Positions 12,127 through 21,426 of a stretch of 64,000 bases of DNA are shown one piece after another. Each line of letters starts with the position of its first letter. Within the stretch, counting starts at the first letter, position 1. The translations under genes and the position numbers were made by a program. The notes under the pieces are model-generated. The model searched no databases. It had not been told where the DNA came from and saw only the letters and a list, made by a program, of their open reading frames with translations. The stretch comes from Escherichia coli (GTDB lineage Bacteria > Pseudomonadota > Gammaproteobacteria > Enterobacterales > Enterobacteriaceae), in NCBI RefSeq assembly GCF_003334355.1, contig NZ_QOWP01000003.1. One strand, given 5' to 3'.

Positions 12127-13542
12127 TTATTCGTCGTCGTACTGCGGCCCCGCATAGTTGTCGAAGCGCGACCATTGACCGTTAAAGGTCAGGCGTACCG
12201 TCCCGATTGGGCCGTTACGTTGTTTACCGATAATAATTTCCGCGATGCCTTTTAAATCACTGTTTTCGTGATACACCTCATCACGATAGATAAACATGAT
12301 CAAGTCCGCATCCTGCTCGATAGAGCCAGATTCACGCAGGTCGGAGTTGACCGGGCGTTTGTCGGCACGTTGTTCCAGAGAACGGTTCAACTGGGACAGC
12401 GCCACCACCGGCACGTTCAGTTCTTTCGCCAGTGCTTTCAGCGAGCGAGAGATTTCTGCAATTTCCAGCGTACGGTTATCGGAAAGCGCCGGTACGCGCA
12501 TCAGTTGCAGGTAGTCGATCATGATAAGCCCGATGCCGCCGTGTTCACGGGCAATACGGCGTGCGCGGGAACGCACTTCCGTTGGCGTCAGGCCGGAGGA
12601 GTCATCGATATAGATATTGCGTTTTTCGAGCAAAATACCCATGGTGCCGGAAATGCGCGCCCAGTCTTCATCATCGAGCTGCCCGGTACGGATTTTAGTC
12701 TGGTCAACGCGCGACAGCGACGCCAGAGAACGCATCATAATCTGTTCTGAAGGCATCTCCAGCGAGAAGATAAGTACTGGTTTATCCTGCAACATCGCCG
12801 CGTTTTCGACGAGGTTCATCGCAAATGTTGTTTTACCCATCGACGGACGCGCGGCGACGATGATCAAATCCGACGGCTGCAAGCCAGCGGTTTTTTTGTT
12901 GAGATCGTCATAACCGGTGTTTACTCCGGTAACGCCATCGTGTGGCTGCTGAAACAACTGCTCAATACGCGCCACGGTTGCGTCGAGCACATCGGCGATG
13001 TTCTTCGGCCCTTCGTCTTTGTTTGCACGACTTTCGGCAATTTTAAAGACGCGGGATTCAGCAAGGTCCAGCAGATCTTCGCTGGTACGCCCCTGCGGAT
13101 CAAAACCGGCTTCAGCAATCTCATTCGCAACCGAGATCATCTCACGGACAACGGCACGTTCACGCACGATGTCAGCATAAGCACTGATGTTCGCCGCACT
13201 TGGCGTATTTTTTGACAGCTCTGCCAGATAAGCAAAACCACCGACGCTATCGAGTTGCCCCTGGCGTTCCAGCGATTCCGCAAGAGTAATTAGATCGATA
13301 GGGCTACCGCTTTCCTGCAAACGCGCCATTTCAGTAAAGATATGACGGTGTGGGCGGGTGTAAAAATCGTCTGCTACCACACGCTCGGCTACATCATCCC
13401 AGCGTTCGTTATCTAGCATTAAACCGCCCAACACCGACTGCTCCGCTTCGATCGAGTGCGGAGGCACTTTCAGCCCGGCAACTTGTGGATCGCGTTCGCG
13501 GGGTTCAGCCTGCTGTTTGTTGAAGGGTTTATTTCCTGCCAT
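12127..13542 (-). CDS. dnaB: Replicative DNA helicase DnaB
   Basis: ORF track 471 aa MAGNKPFNKQQAEPRERDPQVAGLKVPPHSIEAEQSVLGGLMLDNERWDDV... Confidence 0.98.
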   Translation of the reverse strand: MAGNKPFNKQQAEPRERDPQVAGLKVPPHSIEAEQSVLGGLMLDNERWDDVAERVVADDFYTRPHRHIFTEMARLQESGSPIDLITLAESLERQGQLDSVGGFAYLAELSKNTPSAANISAYADIVRERAVVREMISVANEIAEAGFDPQGRTSEDLLDLAESRVFKIAESRANKDEGPKNIADVLDATVARIEQLFQQPHDGVTGVNTGYDDLNKKTAGLQPSDLIIVAARPSMGKTTFAMNLVENAAMLQDKPVLIFSLEMPSEQIMMRSLASLSRVDQTKIRTGQLDDEDWARISGTMGILLEKRNIYIDDSSGLTPTEVRSRARRIAREHGGIGLIMIDYLQLMRVPALSDNRTLEIAEISRSLKALAKELNVPVVALSQLNRSLEQRADKRPVNSDLRESGSIEQDADLIMFIYRDEVYHENSDLKGIAEIIIGKQRNGPIGTVRLTFNGQWSRFDNYAGPQYDDE

Positions 13543-13624
13543 AGTGAATGGAGTTACCGAGATAAAGAATGGGTCGAAACTTTACCATATGAAGCAGACC
13601 CTGACGATACGTTCTGGAGGACAC

Positions 13625-14608
13625 ATGGCAACACGAATTGAATTTCACAAGCACGGTGGCCCGGAAGTACTTCAAGCCGTAGAGTTCACTCCTGCCGATC
13701 CGGCGGAGAATGAAATCCAGGTCGAAAATAAAGCCATCGGCATCAATTTTATCGACACATATATCCGCAGCGGCCTTTACCCGCCGCCATCGCTACCCAG
13801 CGGATTAGGCACCGAAGCAGCAGGCATCGTGAGTAAAGTCGGCAGTGGTGTAAAGCATATTAAGGCAGGCGATCGTGTAGTCTATGCGCAGTCGGCGTTA
13901 GGCGCTTACAGCTCTGTGCATAACATTATTGCGGATAAAGCGGCGATTCTGCCTGCGGCAATTTCTTTTGAGCAAGCTGCGGCATCCTTCCTGAAAGGCT
14001 TAACGGTTTATTATCTGCTGCGCAAAACCTATGAAATTAAACCCGATGAGCAGTTCCTGTTCCACGCAGCAGCTGGCGGCGTTGGCTTGATTGCCTGCCA
14101 GTGGGCAAAAGCCCTGGGCGCGAAACTTATCGGCACCGTAGGAACCGCGCAAAAAGCGCAGAGCGCGCTAAAAGCGGGCGCGTGGCAGGTTATTAACTAT
14201 CGTGAAGAGAATCTGGTCGAGCGGTTAAAAGAGATCACCGGCGGTAAGAAAGTGCGCGTGGTGTACGATTCCGTGGGCAGAGACACCTGGGAACGGTCGC
14301 TGGATTGCCTGCAACGCCGCGGCTTAATGGTGAGTTTTGGCAACTCATCAGGTGCGGTTACCGGTGTGAACTTAGGCATTCTCAATCAGAAAGGCTCGTT
14401 GTATGTGACACGCCCTTCCCTGCAAGGCTATATCACCACGCGGGAGGAATTAACCGAGGCCAGTAATGAACTGTTCTCTTTGATTGCCAGCGGTGTGATT
14501 AAGGTCGATGTCGCCGAGCAGCAGAAATATCCGCTGAAGGATGCGCAGCGTGCGCATGAAATTCTGGAAAGCCGGGCAACGCAAGGTTCCAGCCTGTTGA
14601 TTCCATAA
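13625..14608 (+). CDS. qorA: NADPH:quinone oxidoreductase
   Basis: ORF track frame 13517..14608; start at internal MATRIEFHKHGGPEVLQAVEF (ATG 13625), 327 aa. Confidence 0.93.
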   Translation: MATRIEFHKHGGPEVLQAVEFTPADPAENEIQVENKAIGINFIDTYIRSGLYPPPSLPSGLGTEAAGIVSKVGSGVKHIKAGDRVVYAQSALGAYSSVHNIIADKAAILPAAISFEQAAASFLKGLTVYYLLRKTYEIKPDEQFLFHAAAGGVGLIACQWAKALGAKLIGTVGTAQKAQSALKAGAWQVINYREENLVERLKEITGGKKVRVVYDSVGRDTWERSLDCLQRRGLMVSFGNSSGAVTGVNLGILNQKGSLYVTRPSLQGYITTREELTEASNELFSLIASGVIKVDVAEQQKYPLKDAQRAHEILESRATQGSSLLIP

Positions 14609-14616
14609 AAGAAATA

Positions 14617-14646
14617 GGGCTTCCACCTGGGAAGCCCTTTCTTTTT
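14617..14646 (+). terminator. Rho-independent terminator after qorA (gggcttcc-acct-gggaagccc + T-run)
   Basis: Hairpin plus T-run read in sequence. Confidence 0.75.
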
Positions 14647-14773
14647 ATAGTTCGGCTGTATGTAGGGTACAGCACGATGAATCTGTTAGAGGCGCAATAG
14701 TGACAGATTTGATTATCAATTCCTATTTTGTTCTAAGGATAAAACCTTAGGTTGTGATCATCCGCACAATCCC

Positions 14774-15016
14774 TTAGTAACGCCAGCGGTCATAACGCTG
14801 ATATTTCGGCACTTTTGGTGCTTTAATCGCCTTAATAACCCACACCACCGCAATCGCCAGTAGTAACCACGGCAGCAACTTAATCATCAATGCCAGCATA
14901 CCGCCGAGGAACATAATGGCCGTCGCCACAACCAGCGCGGCGATAATGCCCAGCAACGAAACGCCGGTGACCATCAGCATGACAAAAAAGCCAATCACAA
15001 AAAGTAGTTCCAGCAT
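14774..15016 (-). CDS. pspG: Phage-shock protein G (small membrane protein)
   Basis: ORF track frame 14774..15226; start at internal MLELLFVIGFFVMLMVTGVSLLGIIAAL... (80 aa). Confidence 0.9.
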   Translation of the reverse strand: MLELLFVIGFFVMLMVTGVSLLGIIAALVVATAIMFLGGMLALMIKLLPWLLLAIAVVWVIKAIKAPKVPKYQRYDRWRY

Positions 15017-15044
15017 GATGCACTCCCAAATATGAAATCTCTTG

Positions 15045-15072
15045 CTGGCATTACAAGAATCATGCCAAAAAT
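15045..15072 (-). promoter_or_regulatory. Candidate sigma-54 promoter for pspG (minus-strand TGGCATG-N4-TTGTA)
   Basis: Reverse complement of 15051..15070 reads ttttggcatgattcttgtaa, matching the -24 GG / -12 (T)TG(C) pattern about 30 nt upstream of the pspG start. Confidence 0.5.
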
Positions 15073-15149
15073 AATCTATTGATTTAACAGCAAAACGCCC
15101 CGCGACGGTGCGCAGGGCGTGGTGAATTTGACTATTTTTTGGTGAAAAG

Positions 15150-16193
15150 TTAACGCTTATCCGCCACCAGTTTGAGCGCGTGTTCCAGCACATTAATGTC
15201 TGCACCCGCTTTATGGGCATTTTCACTTAAATAACGCCGCCACTGCCGCGCGCCAGGAATACCCTGGAACAAGCCCAACATATGCCGGGTAATATGACCG
15301 AGATACGTCCCCTGGCTGAGTTCACGCTCAATGTACGGATACATGGCGCGCACTACCGCCACCGGATCGGCATCGATATCCGAGGAACCAAAGATCTCCC
15401 GGTCTACCGCCGCCAGAATACCCGGATTCTGATACGCCTCGCGCCCGACCATCACGCCATCCATATGTTGCAGGTGTGCTTTGGCCTCTTCCAGCGACTT
15501 GATACCACCGTTAATCGACATTGTCAGATGCGGAAAGTCACGCTTCAGTTGATACACACGCGGATAATCGAGCGGCGGGATCTCACGGTTTTCTTTCGGA
15601 CTTAACCCCGAAAGCCAGGCTTTACGTGCATGGATGATGAACATCTCACACTCGCCTTTGCCGGAAACGGTGTTGATGAAATCGCAGAGAAATTCATAGC
15701 TGTCCTGGTCGTCGATGCCAATACGCGTTTTCACCGTCACCGGAATCGACACCACATCGCGCATCGCTTTCACGCAGTCGGCAACCAGCTGCGCATTACC
15801 CATCAGACACGCACCAAACATGCCGTTCTGCACCCGGTCAGACGGGCAGCCGACATTCAGGTTGATCTCATCATATCCACGCGCTTCTGCCAGCTTCGCA
15901 CACTGTGCCAGCGCCGCCGGATCGCTACCGCCGAGTTGCAACGCTACCGGATGTTCTTCTTCACTGTACGCCAGGTAATCACCTTTACCGTGAATAATCG
16001 CCCCTGTGGTCACCATTTCGGTATACAGCAACGTATTGCGGGAAAGCAGACGCAAGAAATAGCGGCAATGTCTGTCCGTCCAGTCGAGCATTGGTGCAAC
16101 GCTAAACCGACCACTCCAGTGAACGTCAGTTTTTTCAGGCATTGCGCTGGTTTGGTTGATTTTTTGCATTTCAGAATTACCGTGCATTTTCAA
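15150..16193 (-). CDS. dusA: tRNA-dihydrouridine synthase A
   Basis: ORF track 347 aa with conserved Dus motifs (...[12 protein letters not shown]...NLNVGCP...). Confidence 0.93.
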   Translation of the reverse strand: MKMHGNSEMQKINQTSAMPEKTDVHWSGRFSVAPMLDWTDRHCRYFLRLLSRNTLLYTEMVTTGAIIHGKGDYLAYSEEEHPVALQLGGSDPAALAQCAKLAEARGYDEINLNVGCPSDRVQNGMFGACLMGNAQLVADCVKAMRDVVSIPVTVKTRIGIDDQDSYEFLCDFINTVSGKGECEMFIIHARKAWLSGLSPKENREIPPLDYPRVYQLKRDFPHLTMSINGGIKSLEEAKAHLQHMDGVMVGREAYQNPGILAAVDREIFGSSDIDADPVAVVRAMYPYIERELSQGTYLGHITRHMLGLFQGIPGARQWRRYLSENAHKAGADINVLEHALKLVADKR

Positions 16194-16480
16194 ATGTAGA
16201 GATTATTTTATCGATATATCATGGGGTTATGTTATTCAGCATCACTGTTCAGGAGGCTCAATAACGGGGTACTATACCATAACAACAGGAAGCGCCTGTC
16301 TCATTGCAAAAGAAAATTGAGATCCTCTCAAGGCATGAAGCTCTCACGAAGTGATGGAAATAATCTTATTAGCCGTTAGCTTTGTTAAGGCCAATGATAA
16401 ACAATCCAGGTTCGACGATAAATAAAAATCACACATTAAACTCCGGTGATATCTCTCCCTGCTAATAGCACTGATAGAGA

Positions 16481-16513
16481 AAAAAAGAACCCAATAAGCA
16501 TTGGGTTCTTTTA
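16481..16513. terminator. Bidirectional hairpin terminator downstream of yjbM (A7-gaacccaat-aagc-attgggttc-T4)
   Basis: Hairpin flanked by A-run and T-run read in sequence. Confidence 0.65.
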
Positions 16514-16549
16514 TGTAATGCCTTCCATACCATCGAAGAACTTCACATA

Positions 16550-17296
16550 TTATTTCTCCGATTTAACCCCGAATAAATCATAAATTAATTTAGAAGTGTC
16601 TGTATATATTTTAATCTTTTCCTTTGAGTTTGGGTCAAACGACTTAGCAAAGTCAATTAATTTCGGTGCAGCATCTCGCATTTTGCTTAAAATATCAGGG
16701 GCGAGCTTTCCTTCATTCACCAGATGTGACATCTTATCCAGATAGCCATCAAAATTCATTTCTCCCCCATCTGCCAGACGCTTCATCTCTCCCAGGTACT
16801 TCTTCATATCACGTTGAGATAACTCTTCAAACTGAGCTGTCAGATAGTTCTCATTATCATCATTAATATTCACTTTTTCTGCTCCTGCTAAATCTGTGTA
16901 GGCACTAGAGTATGAAAGTGAAATCAACAGCGAAGCGAATAATTTTAAGCTGTTGTCATCATATTCCTGACATGCATTAACAAACGTTAAAAAACCAGAA
17001 CCTATTGCTTGCAAATGTATATTCGCTAAAGGTTCATTATCTTTAGATTCCTCATAAAAAAGCTGAACCGTGGAGGGAAGGCCATTCTTGGTTTCTACAT
17101 CAAAAGTATATCGTTCTATGGGCGTTGCATCTTTATTATCCTCAGGATTACATATACTATTAATCGCAAAATGAAAAATAGCCCGATCAACAACTGATGC
17201 AATAAATTCACGATCGTTTAATTCCTCATCAGTGCAATCTCCAATATACTTATTAACCCACTCTTTGAGATTAGTTATTTGCTCAATTAAAAACAC
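16550..17296 (-). CDS. yjbM: Uncharacterised protein YjbM (AT-rich gene)
   Basis: ORF track 248 aa [31 protein letters not shown]...; no recognisable domain. Confidence 0.8.
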   Translation of the reverse strand: MFLIEQITNLKEWVNKYIGDCTDEELNDREFIASVVDRAIFHFAINSICNPEDNKDATPIERYTFDVETKNGLPSTVQLFYEESKDNEPLANIHLQAIGSGFLTFVNACQEYDDNSLKLFASLLISLSYSSAYTDLAGAEKVNINDDNENYLTAQFEELSQRDMKKYLGEMKRLADGGEMNFDGYLDKMSHLVNEGKLAPDILSKMRDAAPKLIDFAKSFDPNSKEKIKIYTDTSKLIYDLFGVKSEK

Positions 17297-17571
17297 ATTT
17301 TTTTACGTGCATGCCATAAATTATGAGTGATTCTTTGAATAAACAAATCTATTTTTGCAATAATTATATCCCGATGACGCAGCGCTGAATAATCAATAGA
17401 CTTACCATATATATTATTTAATTTATCTTTGATTGTACCTCTATTATCTAATTTATCGTTGGTTGCATCTATAGTATCTAATTTATCTTTGGTTGCATCT
17501 TTATTATCGAATTGATTTGAATTGAGTGTTTTATTAAAGTATCCAGTTGCACCGGGTATTATCTTCAACAT
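17287..17571 (-). CDS. yjbL: Uncharacterised small protein YjbL with internal charged repeats; overlaps yjbM start by 10 nt
   Basis: ORF track 94 aa; DNA 17400..17520 contains an imperfect ~30-nt tandem repeat encoding D-x-T-K/N-DKLD units. Confidence 0.7.
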   Translation of the reverse strand: MLKIIPGATGYFNKTLNSNQFDNKDATKDKLDTIDATNDKLDNRGTIKDKLNNIYGKSIDYSALRHRDIIIAKIDLFIQRITHNLWHARKKMCF

Positions 17572-17889
17572 GATTCATCTACCTTTTTTGTCGTACCGTG
17601 TCCTCCTTATAAGTGTTTTGCCATCTGGTAACTATCAAAAATCGCTCATAATTTTCTGAACTACAGGTATGCGAACAACCCCAGTTAAATAAATAGCGAG
17701 TTAACTTGAAGCAATTTATTTAAAAATGAATTATTAATTATTATCGTGTTGATAATGGTACGACCAGGCAACACAACACCTTACGTACAAAACAGAAAAG
17801 CAACATTACGGCAACAATAAGGGTTCTCGGTGTTTTTCCTGGAACATGGTAAAGTAAGGACATTCTTAACCCCCACTTTGAGGTGCCCG

Positions 17890-18405
17890 ATGGAAAAGAC
17901 CACAACGCAGGAGTTATTAGCGCAGGCTGAAAAAATCTGCGCGCAGCGTAATGTGCGCCTGACCCCACAGCGCCTGGAAGTGTTGCGCCTGATGAGTCTG
18001 CAGGATGGCGCTATCAGCGCTTATGATCTGCTTGATTTGCTGCGCGAAGCTGAACCGCAAGCCAAGCCGCCAACGGTTTATCGCGCGCTGGATTTTCTGC
18101 TTGAGCAAGGTTTTGTGCATAAGGTGGAATCCACCAACAGTTATGTGCTCTGCCATCTGTTCGACCAGCCCACCCATACGTCAGCTATGTTTATTTGCGA
18201 TCGCTGCGGCGCGGTGAAAGAAGAATGTGCAGAAGGCGTGGAAGACATCATGCATACGCTGGCGGCAAAAATGGGGTTTGCCCTGCGGCATAATGTGATT
18301 GAAGCACATGGGCTCTGTGCGGCATGCGTGGAAGTGGAAGCGTGTCGTCATCCTGAACAGTGCCAGCATGATCACTCTGTGCAGGTGAAAAAGAAACCGC
18401 GTTAA
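17890..18405 (+). CDS. zur: Zinc uptake regulator Zur (Fur family)
   Basis: ORF track frame 17830..18405; start at internal MEKTTTQELLAQAEKICAQRNVRLTPQRLEVL... (171 aa). Confidence 0.95.
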   Translation: MEKTTTQELLAQAEKICAQRNVRLTPQRLEVLRLMSLQDGAISAYDLLDLLREAEPQAKPPTVYRALDFLLEQGFVHKVESTNSYVLCHLFDQPTHTSAMFICDRCGAVKEECAEGVEDIMHTLAAKMGFALRHNVIEAHGLCAACVEVEACRHPEQCQHDHSVQVKKKPR

Positions 18406-18446
18406 GAGGGCGTACATCCTTGTACACGTCGGGCAGGAGGGATTAA

Positions 18447-18656
18447 TTACCAGCGATATTCATTGCGGGTTTCCCAATCCACGACCTCTTTTTCTGCCTG
18501 ATCTTTCTGATAACCATAACGTTCCTGGATTTTACCGACCAGTTGATCACGTTTACCTTCAATGATCGTCATATCATCATCGGTCAGTTTGCCCCATTGC
18601 TCTTTCACTTTACCTTTAAACTGTTTCCAGTTACCGCCGGCTTCATCTTTATTCAT
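18447..18656 (-). CDS. yjbJ: Stress-induced small protein YjbJ (CsbD family)
   Basis: ORF track 71 aa; MNKDEAGGNWKQFKGKVKEQWGKLTDDDMT... Confidence 0.9.
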   Translation of the reverse strand: MNKDEAGGNWKQFKGKVKEQWGKLTDDDMTIIEGKRDQLVGKIQERYGYQKDQAEKEVVDWETRNEYRW

Positions 18657-18771
18657 AATCAAGACCTCATCGTTAGGTTGTGAATGAGAGTACGTTCACT
18701 TTTCTTCTGAACGTGAGATTAAGTGTAGTCAGCAATTTGGCTTAGGATAATTTATTCAGAATTTTTAACCG

Positions 18772-20151
18772 TCACGTTGCGGCAAACCAGGTACCGTTAC
18801 GCCAGTGACGCCGCCAGATAGCCGCCAGAGAAAGCCCGCGCAACGCCAGAAAGACGGTTAATGCCAGCCACAAACCATGATTACCCAGCCACGGCAGCGT
18901 AAGGAGCGTCAGCGCAAAACCTGCGGCGGCCACCGCCATACTGTTACGCATTTCGGCGGCACGCGTTGCGCCTATAAACATGCCGTCCAGCAGATAACAC
19001 CAGACGCCAACCAACGGCAAAATCACCTGCCAGATAAGATAGCGGTCAGCCAGCTGCTGAATCTGGGTTAACGACGTCAGCAACGCAATGATGTGTTCCC
19101 CTGCCAGCAAATAAACCACCGAAAACAGTAACGCTACAATCCCCGACTGGCGGCACGCTGCCCGCCATACATCCAGCAACTGGCTACCGTCGCGCGCACC
19201 GTATGCCTGACCGGAGTGCGCTTCAACCGCGTAGGCAAAACCATCAAGCGCATAGGCGGTAAAGGTGAGTAGCGTCATCAGAACCGCGTTAACAGCGATA
19301 ATGTCACTCCCCAGTCGCGCACCAAGTACGGTGATCGCGCCGAAACAGAGTTGCAACAACAGCGAACGCAGCATGATATCGCGGTTAAGCGCCAGCAAGC
19401 GACGGAAGTTTCCTCGCCAGGCAGTTTTCAGCATTTCGCCGGAAATTCCGCGTAGTTTGAGGATTTTACGCACCATTAGCAGACCAATCAGCAATGTTGC
19501 ATATTCCGCAATAACCGTCGCCAGCGCCGCGCCCTGCATGTTCATATGCAGCCCCATCACTAGCCAGACATCCAGCACAATGTTGAGGATATTGCCGACC
19601 ACTAACAAAATTACTGGCGCACGGGCATATTGCACGCCGAGTAACCAACCGAGTAATACCAGATTCGCCAGCGACGCCGGTGCGCTTAACCAGCGGATTT
19701 CAAGAAAGCGCCGCGCCTGTTCCAGGACTGCTTCACTACCGCCAACAATATGCAGAGCCAGATCGATAATCGGTGTACGCAGCAGCGCAATTAACGCCCC
19801 AGCCCCCAACGCCAACAGCAACGGTTGCACCAGCGCACGGGCTAATGCCTGAGGATTTTTGGCACCATAAGCCTGCGCAGTCAGCCCGGTGGTGCTCATG
19901 CGTAAAAACAGCAACAGCATAAAGAGAAAGCTGGTCGCCGTTGCACCAACCGCCACGCCGCCCAAATAAACCGGGCTATCAAGATGACCAATTACCGCCG
20001 TATCGACCAGTCCCAGCAACGGAACGGTGATATTGGAGAAAATCATGGGTAAGGCGAGATGCCAGAGTGCTTTATCAGATGAAGTGAGGAATGCCATGCA
20101 GACAAGCCTGATGAAGAGAGATGAAAAACAAACCGCGACGCCTGGCGGCAT
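18772..20151 (-). CDS. dinF: DNA-damage-inducible MATE-family transporter DinF (start codon uncertain)
   Basis: ORF track 459 aa multi-TM protein immediately downstream of lexA. Confidence 0.9.
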   Translation of the reverse strand: MPPGVAVCFSSLFIRLVCMAFLTSSDKALWHLALPMIFSNITVPLLGLVDTAVIGHLDSPVYLGGVAVGATATSFLFMLLLFLRMSTTGLTAQAYGAKNPQALARALVQPLLLALGAGALIALLRTPIIDLALHIVGGSEAVLEQARRFLEIRWLSAPASLANLVLLGWLLGVQYARAPVILLVVGNILNIVLDVWLVMGLHMNMQGAALATVIAEYATLLIGLLMVRKILKLRGISGEMLKTAWRGNFRRLLALNRDIMLRSLLLQLCFGAITVLGARLGSDIIAVNAVLMTLLTFTAYALDGFAYAVEAHSGQAYGARDGSQLLDVWRAACRQSGIVALLFSVVYLLAGEHIIALLTSLTQIQQLADRYLIWQVILPLVGVWCYLLDGMFIGATRAAEMRNSMAVAAAGFALTLLTLPWLGNHGLWLALTVFLALRGLSLAAIWRRHWRNGTWFAAT

Positions 20152-20169
20152 CGCGGTCTCAGAGATATG

Positions 20170-20778
20170 TTACAGCCAGTCGCCGTTGCGAATAACCCCA
20201 ACCGCCAGCCCTTCAATGGTGAAGCTCTGCTGACGAAGGTCAACGACAATTGGTTTAAACTCGCTATTTTCTGGCAACAGTTCGACTTTATTGCCCTGTT
20301 TTTTCAGGCGCTTAACGGTAACTTCGTCATCAATACGTGCGACAACGACCTGACCGTTACGTACATCCTGAGTTTTATGCACTGCCAGCAAGTCACCATC
20401 CATAATTCCGATATCTTTCATCGACATCCCGCTGACGCGCAGCAGGAAATCAGCATTCGGCTTGAACAAGGAAGGATCGACCTGATAATGACCTTCAATA
20501 TGCTGTTGCGCCAGAAGCGGTTCACCGGCAGCCACACGACCTACCAGCGGCAACCCTTCTTCCTCTTCCTGCAACAGACGAATCCCGCGTGATGCGCCGG
20601 AAACAATTTCAATAACGCCTTTGCGTGCCAGCGCCTTCAGATGTTCTTCAGCCGCGTTTGGGGAACGGAACCCCAAACGCTGCGCGATTTCCGCACGCGT
20701 CGGCGGCATACCTGTCTGGCTGATGTGATCACGGATGAGATCAAACACCTCTTGTTGCCTGGCCGTTAACGCTTTCAT
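20170..20778 (-). CDS. lexA: LexA SOS repressor
   Basis: ORF track 202 aa [54 protein letters not shown]... Confidence 0.98.
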   Translation of the reverse strand: MKALTARQQEVFDLIRDHISQTGMPPTRAEIAQRLGFRSPNAAEEHLKALARKGVIEIVSGASRGIRLLQEEEEGLPLVGRVAAGEPLLAQQHIEGHYQVDPSLFKPNADFLLRVSGMSMKDIGIMDGDLLAVHKTQDVRNGQVVVARIDDEVTVKRLKKQGNKVELLPENSEFKPIVVDLRQQSFTIEGLAVGVIRNGDWL

Positions 20779-20786
20779 TCCGCCCC

Positions 20787-20823
20787 CTGGGTGTATATAC
20801 AGTTATGCTGTGAGTATATACAG
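20787..20823 (-). promoter_or_regulatory. Two tandem LexA boxes in the lexA promoter (minus-strand ctgtatatactcacag and ctgtatatacacccag)
   Basis: Both CTGT-N8-(A/C)CAG motifs read directly upstream of the lexA start. Confidence 0.88.
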
Positions 20824-20887
20824 CAAAAGGCGATTTTGGAACCATAAACTGCACAATAAACCAGAGATTTATCGAAATCTGGAAGGG

Positions 20888-21256
20888 TTATCCAAAATGC
20901 GACCATAACAGGATGCACCAGGTTATCACGGCGACGATAATCGCAATCAGCACCGCGGCGGATCCCATATCTTTAGCGCGTCCGGAAAGCTCATGGTATT
21001 CAGAGCCAATTCGGTCAACCACTGCTTCGATGGCGCTATTGAGGATTTCCACAATCATCACCAGCATCACGGAGCTGATAAGCAGCACGCGGGTAATTGC
21101 GTCCACATCCAGCCAGCAGGCGATGACCACCGCCAACAATACCGCTACGCCTTCCTGACGGAATGCCGCTTCGTTGATCCATGCAGCGCGTAAACCTTTC
21201 CAGGAATAGCCAGCAGCTTTGATAATTCGGGTGAATCCAGTGGTATTATTGGCCAT
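20888..21256 (-). CDS. dgkA: Diacylglycerol kinase
   Basis: ORF track 122 aa MANNTTGFTRIIKAAGYSWKGLRAAWINEAAFRQEG... Confidence 0.96.
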   Translation of the reverse strand: MANNTTGFTRIIKAAGYSWKGLRAAWINEAAFRQEGVAVLLAVVIACWLDVDAITRVLLISSVMLVMIVEILNSAIEAVVDRIGSEYHELSGRAKDMGSAAVLIAIIVAVITWCILLWSHFG

Positions 21257-21426
21257 TGAAAGAACCTTTTTACATTATGAGCGTCAATATCAGTGTACCG
21301 TTAAATCCGATGATTCGGGTTTGCGTAACGCCGCGCGAAACATGAGCGGATACCACAGAATTTCCCATGACTTTCTGCTATCCTTGCCGCGCATTTGCAT
21401 TATTAACCAGAGGCTTTACATCGTTT

